From contig JAHEIW010000002.1 in NCBI GenBank assembly GCA_024639185.1, forward strand, positions 2,842 through 66,841: a DNA stretch of 64,000 bases. Direction: 5' to 3'. The notes beneath the pieces were generated by a model. The model saw only the letters and a program-made list of their open reading frames with translations. It did no database searches and was not told where the DNA came from. Below, one piece after another: positions 18,646 through 26,701 of the stretch. The position numbers and the translations under genes are program-made. The first letter of the stretch is position 1; every line of letters starts with the position of its first letter. The DNA is from Deltaproteobacteria bacterium. Lineage in GTDB: Bacteria; Desulfobacterota; Desulfobacteria; Desulfobacterales; JAHEIW01.

Positions 18646-19992
18646 TCAGCATGTAAAAATCTTTTTTATTGAGCATTCAAGTTTAGAAAAATTACGAGAT
18701 GGAATTTCGTAAAAATTCGATATCGAGGACATCGATTGCAAGTACTTCATTTTGTGCATAAGAATTAGCCCTGTAACTTCAGTTAAAACTGCCATTGCTA
18801 TAGCAGCGTGGTATCCCCACTGTGTTGCTATTAAGCCGCCTAAAGCTGAACCCGCAACGCAAGCCGTTGCGAGAACCGCACAAAAAATGCCCATGCCTTC
18901 CCCTTCCCCAATAGGTGATAGTGATGCTGTTAAGGCAGTGGCGCTTACAATAAGAAAGGGCCAGCAAAGCACAACGACAGTAAAACTTAAAAATATCAAC
19001 TGAATCGAGCCGCCAAAATGGTGCACCTCCATAAGAAAAAAACCGATAAAAGCCACCAAACGCAATTTCATAAAACTCTTTAAAACGCGGGCCGGACCCA
19101 ATCGATGCGTCCAGTGGCCGGCTTGAGCGTATAAAAAAACAGAAATGCCCATTGCGACAGCAAAAGAGAGTGCGATAAGATTTTGCCCAATTCCATATGC
19201 TTCCTGCATCAAAACCGGATACAAAGTATAAATTGCAGATGAGCCAACAAGGCAGAGAAACCAGACCCCCATGAAATGTTCAAATGGGGTGTTGTGGATT
19301 GAATTAAAATGCCCTAAAGCTTTTAACCTCAAATGGTTAACCTGAAAGTGTGATGGCTCCTGGATCAAGTGACAGTGGCGATTATGACAAATGTTAACCG
19401 GTCGTCTCCCTATTGTCTCGTGCGCCACTTGGGGAGTCAGGCACCCTGGCAAGACCGCAGCAGTAATCAGGCCTGACGCAATAAGCAAACTGGTTCTCAA
19501 ATCAATTTGACTCAAAACGGCGGCAAGTAACATTCCGCTTACCTGACCGCCGCTGTTAAATGTCTGGAGCCAGCCAATTCGTTCGTCCCATTCTGCTTTA
19601 GGATGGACTTCCACGATGAAAAGGTTTCCTACAGTGGCAACCACGTATACGCCAATACCCTGTATCATAGCCAAACCCAGCCATACCGGGAAGGTACTGG
19701 CGAAAGATAAAACAGACAGTGCAATTGCAGTAATTATCAGACTGCTTACCAATAACTCCCGATGAATTCCATACCGATCAGCAACATTCCCAAAAACCGG
19801 CGCGATTAACCCTCCCAGGTTAAAGGCAGCCATTACGAGTCCCACGTGGCAGGCGCTGTTAAAGCGTTTTACCGCCAGAAGCGGTATCAAAATCGGAAAC
19901 ATACCGCCCATCGTACAACCCAATATAGCATAGCTAAGATACCATGGCTCCACCCACCGGTGTTTTGCCTGTCCTATTGCCGGTCGATCCAT
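18646..19992 (-). CDS. MFS transporter (12-TM type)
   Basis: Multiple TM helices and the MFS-type loop motif GNVADRYG. The track start at 20058 overlaps the sigma-54 promoter at 20052-20067. I therefore prefer the internal ATG at 19992 (MDRPAIGQ, AAGGA upstream), with 20040 as an alternative. Confidence 0.78.
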   Translation of the reverse strand: MDRPAIGQAKHRWVEPWYLSYAILGCTMGGMFPILIPLLAVKRFNSACHVGLVMAAFNLGGLIAPVFGNVADRYGIHRELLVSSLIITAIALSVLSFASTFPVWLGLAMIQGIGVYVVATVGNLFIVEVHPKAEWDERIGWLQTFNSGGQVSGMLLAAVLSQIDLRTSLLIASGLITAAVLPGCLTPQVAHETIGRRPVNICHNRHCHLIQEPSHFQVNHLRLKALGHFNSIHNTPFEHFMGVWFLCLVGSSAIYTLYPVLMQEAYGIGQNLIALSFAVAMGISVFLYAQAGHWTHRLGPARVLKSFMKLRLVAFIGFFLMEVHHFGGSIQLIFLSFTVVVLCWPFLIVSATALTASLSPIGEGEGMGIFCAVLATACVAGSALGGLIATQWGYHAAIAMAVLTEVTGLILMHKMKYLQSMSSISNFYEIPSRNFSKLECSIKKIFTC

Positions 19993-20051
19993 GGAAGCTG
20001 TTTTTCCTTTGATTGGAGATTGACCAGATGATGGACTCATACTTTTTATAA

Positions 20052-20067
20052 AGCACAAAATGTGCCA
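20052..20067 (-). promoter_or_regulatory. Sigma-54 promoter upstream of the MFS transporter
   Basis: Minus-strand sequence TGGCACATTTTGTGCT. Confidence 0.6.
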
Positions 20068-20343
20068 CTCATTTCACGCCACTTTGTAAAGCTTAAGCCT
20101 TTATATTTATATGGTTTTAAGGAGCAGCCAGCCATAACTTATTGGCGTATTTAGAATAATCTCAAACTAAAATTCTCAAATTTTCGAAATAAAAAGGGGG
20201 GGAGCAAAGTTGTGAAGGGCGTCTAATACAAATGGAGGCAAAAATTTTATTAGATTATGAGATGAGGAATTTTCCTTATAAAAATCGGCTGAGGTTACGC
20301 ACTCTATTAGAGCTAATATTATGATTTTGGAGTTTATTAAATT

Positions 20344-20709
20344 TTAATAGGGTTCGTAATATCTTACACCGATACCGTATTTATAGGATTCTGTGCTTAA
20401 TATTTCTTCGCACCGTTTGACTTCGCCAACGGTTACTGTACGACAACCACAGTGTAATTGCGAACCGGCGGTTCTTTTCGAAAGTTCTATAATTCTGATA
20501 TATATATTTGCCCCGGGTTTAAATCCAAACTCCGATTCAAGATAGAGACCACCTTCACAATAGTTTAACATTTTTGCGTGACAGTATTGATTGGTGTTAA
20601 AATAGCCACAGACAAGGCGAGCCTCCTGAAAATGGCGATCAAATTTCCTTTTTTCCATATTGGCCACGATATTGGTTTCACCTTTTAGCATCAAGTCAAA
20701 GAGTGGCAA
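20344..20709 (-). CDS. PilZ-domain protein (putative c-di-GMP binding)
   Basis: RKFDR (RxxxR) followed by NYCEGGL ((D/N)xSxxG-like). The TTG track start is uncertain. Confidence 0.5.
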   Translation of the reverse strand: MPLFDLMLKGETNIVANMEKRKFDRHFQEARLVCGYFNTNQYCHAKMLNYCEGGLYLESEFGFKPGANIYIRIIELSKRTAGSQLHCGCRTVTVGEVKRCEEILSTESYKYGIGVRYYEPY

Positions 20710-20717
20710 TTTGAAAT

Positions 20718-20909
20718 CTACCCCTTTTTGTTGTTAGGCGAATAACCGTCAGCGTACCACCCGCTGCCCTTGAGTTCGTAAGTACAGGGAGAAATAATCT
20801 TTTTGGGCCTTCCGATGACACAATGGACATTTAATTCCTCTGTGCCAACTTTAACTAGTTTTGCTGTAACCGTGCCGCCGGGACATTCGAATTCATAAAT
20901 CGGCATCAC
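20718..20909 (-). CDS. FmdB-family zinc-ribbon-like small protein with a degenerate Cys pattern
   Basis: MPIYEFEC... N-terminus and GSGWYADGY tail resemble the CxxC_CxxC_SSSS family. Both CxxC knuckles are reduced to single Cys residues. Confidence 0.45.
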   Translation of the reverse strand: MMPIYEFECPGGTVTAKLVKVGTEELNVHCVIGRPKKIISPCTYELKGSGWYADGYSPNNKKG

Positions 20910-21101
20910 GAAGTCCTCAATCTTGAAAGAAAGTTAGAGAAAATATCGGACAAAAATTCTTACACGATTTTATACAAAATGAGTGCCACCACAGACTCCC
21001 TTATTAAAGTATAACCGTTGGAGCCTATTAAGCATCCGTTGGTTCTTGTTGTGTGTGTTGAAGTTGGGTGGCACTTTAGTTATTTATAAGGCGACGCCAA
21101 A

Positions 21102-21497
21102 TCAATCTTGTTTGTATAATCCTCTTTCACGGTGGATATCCCGTATATTAATCAAATGGGTCAAAGATGCCATAAAGGTGTCCGATGTAAACGGCTTTTC
21201 GATGAATCCCTGAACCTTCAATTTCTTGGCCTCTGAAACGACATTTTCATTGCGGTAGGCAGTAATCAGTATTTTTAAGGCGTTTGGTTGGGTGTGGCCA
21301 ACTCGTTTCAGGAACTCGATACCATCCCTGCCCGGTAGTTTATAATCCACGATAATTAAATCAAAGTCTTGGTCCTTTATTGCTGATAGGCCCTCTTCGG
21401 CGGTCTCTAAGGTCAACACACAACAACCTTCAGCTTCAAAAAAAATGCTCAACGAATCACGGATCCACTCATCATCATCTATGAGTAAAATTTTCAT
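21102..21497 (-). CDS. Single-domain response regulator (CheY-like receiver)
   Basis: MKILLIDDDEW...DLIIVDYKLPGRDG...ILITAY...FIEKPF. I prefer the ATG at 21497 (AGGGA RBS). The track start at 21524 lies only 14 nt from the sigma-54 promoter. Confidence 0.85.
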   Translation of the reverse strand: MKILLIDDDEWIRDSLSIFFEAEGCCVLTLETAEEGLSAIKDQDFDLIIVDYKLPGRDGIEFLKRVGHTQPNALKILITAYRNENVVSEAKKLKVQGFIEKPFTSDTFMASLTHLINIRDIHRERGLYKQD

Positions 21498-21537
21498 TTC
21501 CCTGATTTTACTAAAGAGATCCATAACGCTTTACATA

Positions 21538-21553
21538 AGCATAAGATATGCCA
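21538..21553 (-). promoter_or_regulatory. Sigma-54 promoter upstream of the single-domain response regulator
   Basis: Minus-strand sequence TGGCATATCTTATGCT. It differs by 1 nt from the promoter at 18582-18597. Confidence 0.65.
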
Positions 21554-21679
21554 ATATGTGATACCAAATAAATTCTCTATTTATCAATAGGTTATCTAAA
21601 CACACCACGTTTGCTTTTAGTTTTATGGTTAAAATTTTGAAAATTTACAAAAATATATTTCGCAAAAATTCGAAATCTT

Positions 21680-21882
21680 CTAAAGAAATAAATGATCGTC
21701 ATGAGCAGTGAATTTGATAGGCAGTTTTTCGTTTTGTGTTGCGTATAAAATATCCTTTAGAAACATGTCGATAAAGGATTTCAACCCACTGCCTGCTGCT
21801 CTGAAAGCCAGACCCGATGCCGCTGTTGTCTTTCCTTTGCCGTTGCCTGTATAAATATGGACGTATCCTTTTTTAAATCCAT
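21680..21882 (-). pseudogene. Truncated and frameshifted remnant of ATP:corrinoid adenosyltransferase (CobO/BtuR type)
   Basis: The minus strand encodes ...GFKKGYVHIYTGNGKGKTTAASGLAFRAAGSGLKSFI..., the CobO P-loop region. This frame has no start codon. The only ATG (21880-21882) is out of frame across an A6 run. The ORF ends after about 67 codons, against roughly 175 aa for CobO. Confidence 0.5.
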
Positions 21883-22008
21883 TTATGGAATTTATTGTGA
21901 ATTTGGTGGATTAGCTTCTGCAGTCGGAAGAATATGCCTTTGTATGCATACCTTCATTTACAGTATCGTTTAACCGGCGTTTTCTGAAAATAGCACTTTC
22001 GGGCTTCT

Positions 22009-22650
22009 TTATGATCTAACCGCCTTTACCACGACGAAACCTCCATCACCATGCCCATCGCAGGGGGGTTCGATTTCTTGAATCTCATTTAATGGTTTTG
22101 TTAAAGTTTGCCTCCAGACGAGGTCGACAAATCCTGCATGTCCCATAAGCCTTTCTATTTCCAAAACCGAATAAAACCGTGCTTCACGATAAAAGACGCT
22201 TTCGGCCTGATGTGCCAGATAATGCTGTCCGAGCATGCTGGCCCGATCGACAAAACCAATGACAAGCGGTGCTCCTGATTTCAGTACCCGGTGGGCCTCA
22301 TTCAGCATTTTTTGGAGATCATTCACGAAGCAGATGGTGGTTACGACAATGGCATAGTCGAAGACTACATCCTTGAAGGGCAAAGTCTCGGCAATACCCT
22401 GAATGCCGAATATACCTCTTTCAATGGCGTAGGCCAACATTGCTCTGGAGGGATCGAGGCCGACTTCGATGCCGAGGGGAGCTGCAAAGCGGCCCGTTCC
22501 GACACCGATCTCAACCCCCAAGCCATGCCAGGGGAGCATGGCGCGGACAGCCAGCAACTCGGAATAATAAGCTGCGGCGTGGCTCTGAAACCATGCTTCA
22601 TAACGACCATGGTAGGCTTCAAAAGGATTACTCTTATATCCTGTCATCAT
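22009..22650 (-). CDS. Class I SAM-dependent methyltransferase
   Basis: 213 aa. Motif I VEIGVGTGRFAAPLG and post-I/II spacing typical of the Methyltransf_11 fold. Confidence 0.75.
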   Translation of the reverse strand: MMTGYKSNPFEAYHGRYEAWFQSHAAAYYSELLAVRAMLPWHGLGVEIGVGTGRFAAPLGIEVGLDPSRAMLAYAIERGIFGIQGIAETLPFKDVVFDYAIVVTTICFVNDLQKMLNEAHRVLKSGAPLVIGFVDRASMLGQHYLAHQAESVFYREARFYSVLEIERLMGHAGFVDLVWRQTLTKPLNEIQEIEPPCDGHGDGGFVVVKAVRS

Positions 22651-22789
22651 CGCCCTTATTTGCTTACCCCCTCAGACCGGAACCTATCCTTTGAAAAGGC
22701 CGTACCATTAGCGATGGCTCTTTCATTTCAGACGGAAAAAGAATCTTCTTTTCTTAACGCAAATTTTCATGCGAAAATCAATTGATAGC

Positions 22790-22819
22790 CTCAAAAAAAT
22801 TCAAGAGCATCCTGCTCTT
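22790..22819 (-). terminator. Possible intrinsic terminator
   Basis: Minus-strand sequence AAGAGCA-GGA-TGCTCTT followed by GAATTTTTTTGA. The stem is 7 bp with a tight 3-nt loop and a T7 run. Confidence 0.35.
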
Positions 22820-23003
22820 TATTGTTCATCTGTGCTTCCAAACAATCGCAGAAAGTATCGAATGTTAAATACATACATTTATCTGAATGAGATGATTTTT
22901 GATAGTATCGACATTTTTTTTGCTTATTCACGTTTTTTGCTGTGCAGACAGAAATAATATCTTTTTTACAAAAACAAACTTTGCTTGTGTTCTGCACTGC
23001 CAT
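22791..23003 (-). CDS. Candidate small Cys-rich protein (70 aa)
   Basis: MAVQNTSKVCFCKKDIISVCTAKNVNKQKKCRYYQKSSHSDKCMYLTFDTFCDCLEAQ... contains 8 Cys. RBS AAGGTGA lies 5 nt before the ATG. The 3' end overlaps a hairpin plus T-run. Composition is AT/Lys-rich, unlike the neighbours. Confidence 0.33.
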   Translation of the reverse strand: MAVQNTSKVCFCKKDIISVCTAKNVNKQKKCRYYQKSSHSDKCMYLTFDTFCDCLEAQMNNKEQDALEFF

Positions 23004-23235
23004 TTCTTCACCTTGTATTGTCCTGAAAAATTAAAAATAAAAGCCCCAGGGCATAAAAAGAATAGCCGGGCGATAAAAAATAATCTAAAAATCGAAAGGC
23101 CCGTTTGTTTATGTGAACCTTTAGCTTTGTGTGCTGTCGCACCATGAAAATTGTCTGTGCGATCGCCCATACAAAAGATGGGTACCTCATAGTACGAAAT
23201 TATCCGACGAATTGTTGCACTGAAGCTACCGGGTA

Positions 23236-23901
23236 TTATTGGTATTGGATGACCGCACCTAACAGTAAGGATTTGAACCGATCCAATGAAATCGTGTACG
23301 GCTGGATCGGAATTCCCATCCAATCTGAGTATTCCAAAAATTCTTCCGGTTTTTCAGCCATATAGTTTTCCACGAATCCAACACCATCTAAAACAACGGC
23401 TCCGCCTGAGTGCCTGGGAAAGTTTTCGTTGGCCAGTCCCTTGTCCCAATCTTTGAAAACATGATGGCGAAATTTGATCCAGCCCGGTGTCATCCACCAC
23501 ACTTTTTCGCCACCGGCAACTTCTCCAGCGATTTTTTCCCGCTCAGCCTCACCGGCCAGCGCGTCAATACAATGGGTCGCTTGAGCGCGCGTAACCGCCG
23601 AATCCTGTTCTGCTAAAATGGTTTGCATGGTGCGCGTGGGCTCATCGGCATTCACGTAGCAAAATTTTCCGCCGTACACCACAATGACCTTGTCGGCCTT
23701 TTCTTTAGCCTTAGCGATTCGCTGAATCAGTTGGCGTTCCAGTTCATGAATGTCTTCGTGGAGTCCCGGTGTCGTGTAGAATAAATGAACGGTGTCTAAA
23801 AAACCGTTCTTTTTTAAATAGTTGAGCTCAAGGCTCAGCGTGCCGCAGGACACAATTGCGATGCTCGAAAAAGACGAATTATTCATCATACTTTTCTCCA
23901 A
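23236..23901 (-). CDS. DUF1638-like protein (family usually next to corrinoid methyltransferase systems)
   Basis: 221 aa. IAIVSCGTLSLEL...VIVVYGGKFC pattern as I recall it for DUF1638. Family name is from memory. Confidence 0.6.
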   Translation of the reverse strand: MEKSMMNNSSFSSIAIVSCGTLSLELNYLKKNGFLDTVHLFYTTPGLHEDIHELERQLIQRIAKAKEKADKVIVVYGGKFCYVNADEPTRTMQTILAEQDSAVTRAQATHCIDALAGEAEREKIAGEVAGGEKVWWMTPGWIKFRHHVFKDWDKGLANENFPRHSGGAVVLDGVGFVENYMAEKPEEFLEYSDWMGIPIQPYTISLDRFKSLLLGAVIQYQ

Positions 23902-24193
23902 TTTTCAGATCCTGATCTTTTTCCGCCAACTGGCAGTTAGCCCTGGGCTTAATCTGTCAGGTCAAACAGGACCCGGTAACGTTGACTGATTTCACAGCTC
24001 CTTTAGATATATAATATAAAAGATTTTTCAACCATCCCCGATTTTTTGGATTCTGTCTTGCAATCATCCTGCCCCCATCAATATATTTAAATTAAACTGC
24101 AAGGGTTTACATCGGATCAAACAAATAAAGGTGCTTAACTTTTTTTATCCGATCAATGGCGCGGCCAGCCCGATTACGAAATCTTTCATCAAC

Positions 24194-25132
24194 CTATCTT
24201 CGCGCATGTTGGGCGCCGATTTGTTTCTCTGGTGATAAATTAGATACATCCAGATATGGGTGAAATTCATCGTGTAATCTAAATTTTCGCATACTTGTTC
24301 TAATAACGGGACGCTTGAGCAATCTTTCATACAGATCAATATATTGTATTTTGGCCGAATGATAATCTGTGAACGCACTGCATCCGACTGCCAATTTCTC
24401 AGCCAGTGCCTTTCCCAACGGCGCCTTGGGAAACCGGATGAGGCTTTCGCCGATTTTTACCAATGCGGCCGGGCTCGCAACACTGGCGTGGCGAGCGGCA
24501 AATATACCGCTTATAAGAAAATCAATAGCGTTGGTTTCCCGGGTTTCTTCATAATTCACCGGAAAGCGATCAAAAAATAAATGCTGCCAGAACATTGCAG
24601 CATCGATTCCGATATCTTCGACAGCGGATAGAGTGCACGTGGCGGTTTCGCAATTTTGCAGGGTAAAAATACAGGGAATCCCTAATACTGCGGCTATCGC
24701 TGGTATTAAACCGCTCATCCAATCATGACAGTGAATCAAGTCCGGCTGCAGCCGTGGTAGAATTTGATGGATGACTTCGCGCTGAAAGGTGAGAGATATT
24801 TTGATGTTTTCCCAAAGGTGATTTGTTTCAGGGCCCTTGGTGTAAAAAAACACCCTGTCCTCGGTCAAATGAACGCGGCTGTCTGGCAACCGGCGTGTCT
24901 TTGTATGGGGGCTGTTTTGTAAAATAACCGAAAAAACGCTGCGATAATCCGGTTGCGCAATATGAACATCAGCACCCTGTTCAAACAGATCGTCGAGCAA
25001 ATTGGATAAAAAGCCAGCAAATCCGCCTAATTTACAGTTTAGAAAATCAGGATTTTTCCCCGAGCAGGCAGGAACAAAGCTGACTTCCGGTGTTACAAAA
25101 AGAATTCGAGGTTGATTAGATGTAGTGGACAT
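24194..25132 (-). CDS. Glycogen/starch-synthase-like protein with the GT5 N-terminal domain only
   Basis: ILFVTPEVSFVP...KLGGFAGFLSNL...HCHDWMSGLIP resembles the GlgA N-terminal half (KTGGLADV region). At 312 aa it has no GT1 C-terminal nucleotide-sugar domain. Confidence 0.6.
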   Translation of the reverse strand: MSTTSNQPRILFVTPEVSFVPACSGKNPDFLNCKLGGFAGFLSNLLDDLFEQGADVHIAQPDYRSVFSVILQNSPHTKTRRLPDSRVHLTEDRVFFYTKGPETNHLWENIKISLTFQREVIHQILPRLQPDLIHCHDWMSGLIPAIAAVLGIPCIFTLQNCETATCTLSAVEDIGIDAAMFWQHLFFDRFPVNYEETRETNAIDFLISGIFAARHASVASPAALVKIGESLIRFPKAPLGKALAEKLAVGCSAFTDYHSAKIQYIDLYERLLKRPVIRTSMRKFRLHDEFHPYLDVSNLSPEKQIGAQHARR

Positions 25133-25229
25133 GACTTAACCCATCAAGGATAGCCAAATAATTAATTGCCCATTGTTTAGTTAGCAGCTCACCAGTATGT
25201 CCATGAATCATGGCCGCTATGTTTAAAAC

Positions 25230-25703
25230 TTAGGCATTTTTCAAATCCAGAGAATTTTTATTCTTTGAGAGCCGATCAGCGGCCGGGGGTACATCCTCAT
25301 CCAACCAACACCGATATTCATTAAGCAAATCATCGTCCATAACTTCATCTTTCGGGTGTTGCCGTATTTTTTGAACTTTCTCAAATTCCCGTGCACATGC
25401 ACGACACAGACGGGTAGCCGGCAGCGCTTTTAGGCGTTTTATTTGGATCCGGCCTGCGCAGATTTCACAGATCCCATATTTGCCCGTCGCCATTCTTTCC
25501 AGAGCCAGAATTATTTCTCCGAGCTCTTCGTTCTCGCGTTCGGCCAGATGGTCCAGCAGACGCATCAAGTCCTCCTTTTGGGCGGCATCTCCCGGCTCGA
25601 TCGCACGTTCTTGTTGAACCTTGCGTCCCATTTCCAGATGCGCGATCTGTTGAAATAATGCTCTTTTTTGTATCAGAAGCAATTCTTTTAATTTCGACAT
25701 CAT
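25230..25703 (-). CDS. DksA/TraR-family C4 zinc-finger protein
   Basis: CEICAGRIQIKRLKALPATRLCRAC (CxxC-N17-CxxC) preceded by a coiled-coil region. ATG at 25703 (the track start is a TTG). Confidence 0.78.
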   Translation of the reverse strand: MMSKLKELLLIQKRALFQQIAHLEMGRKVQQERAIEPGDAAQKEDLMRLLDHLAERENEELGEIILALERMATGKYGICEICAGRIQIKRLKALPATRLCRACAREFEKVQKIRQHPKDEVMDDDLLNEYRCWLDEDVPPAADRLSKNKNSLDLKNA

Positions 25704-25872
25704 TTTATTGACACTATAATTCAACCGAATCCGCAAAGAAGCGGGTATCGTCTATTAAGTATGGAACTTTTTCACTTCCCAGCTTAAGACAGGGGTAATT
25801 CCGGCTTTTTCGATCAGGCTGATGGCAGCCCGATCGTCAAAAGATTTGCTGCGCCGGTAATGCTGTATGACC

Positions 25873-26214
25873 TTATTCCTGCTCGCCCTTTAAATTCTTG
25901 ATCCGTTCCCGTATGGCATCCAGGTCCTGTTTCAGGGCATCGGCTTCGTCGTTGAGTGTTTCAATCTCACTTTTATAAGAAACCACAGGTCGTGAATAAG
26001 GATCCCATGCGCTCGGACCCCTTCTGGCCCAACGGGGCCGTCCAGTTTGCCAATACATATACTGAAAGCCTCTTCCACGACCATAAGCCGTTTCCGACCC
26101 AAAGCCCTGTTTGTTCCCGCGCAAAGCATTAGCACCGGAAGTGTTGCACTGCCCACGACCCCAGCCGCTCATGGAACCCCCTCCGGCTGGTCCGGTTCCA
26201 TCATATCCTGGCAT
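25873..26214 (-). CDS. DUF5320-like Gly/Arg-rich small protein with a C-terminal coiled coil
   Basis: MPGYDGTGPAGGGSMSGWGRGQC... N-terminus and LKQDLDAIRERIKNLK tail. The ATG at 26214 lies 6 nt after AAGGAGGTG. Confidence 0.65.
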   Translation of the reverse strand: MPGYDGTGPAGGGSMSGWGRGQCNTSGANALRGNKQGFGSETAYGRGRGFQYMYWQTGRPRWARRGPSAWDPYSRPVVSYKSEIETLNDEADALKQDLDAIRERIKNLKGEQE

Positions 26215-26395
26215 GGCATTCACCTCCTTTCTTTCGAAAAAAAATTAGGTTGGATAGATTTAAGCGCTTTCGCTATTGCGCCTGTATTAAAAATTAGGGA
26301 ATATATACATTACTTAAGCGTCTTTACATAAATGACTTCTCGAAATGGCACTATTTTTAACAGTGCAGTTTATTTATCTTTTAATTAGATAAGAG

Positions 26396-26411
26396 AGCAT
26401 AAAGCGTGCCA
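26396..26411 (-). promoter_or_regulatory. Sigma-54 promoter upstream of the DUF5320-like operon
   Basis: Minus-strand sequence TGGCACGCTTTATGCT. Confidence 0.7.
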
Positions 26412-26701
26412 GTATTGGCAAATCAGCCTATATGAAATTAAATCAAACTATTATCAACCAAGGGGTTCGAAAAGGATTCCTTATTCGTATTCCTTTGTTG
26501 AAAAAGTTCGATATTTTTATTTGAAGAACTTCGAAAGCATCAATCTAATACCCATTAAAAAAAGCTTCAAATTTTGCTTTTGCAAAAAAAAATAGGTCGG
26601 AATAAGGGGATACTGAAAGAATTTAGAAGGGAGATTAAAATGCGCCGGGTTTGCCAATCTTTCAAATTAACTTCTGAGAGAACGGATGGCTTTGGATGGT
26701 G

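Noticed and set aside
20973-20988. Sigma-54-like sequence TGGCACTCATTTTGTA (minus strand) upstream of the FmdB-like gene
   Set aside because: The -24 element is good, but the -12 element reads TTGT instead of TTGC, so the conserved C is missing. It was not counted among the eight promoters and may be weak or non-functional.
22928-23323. 131-aa minus-strand ORF
   Set aside because: It overlaps the 3' end of the DUF1638-like gene and an AT-rich spacer. It has no RBS and a low-complexity translation.
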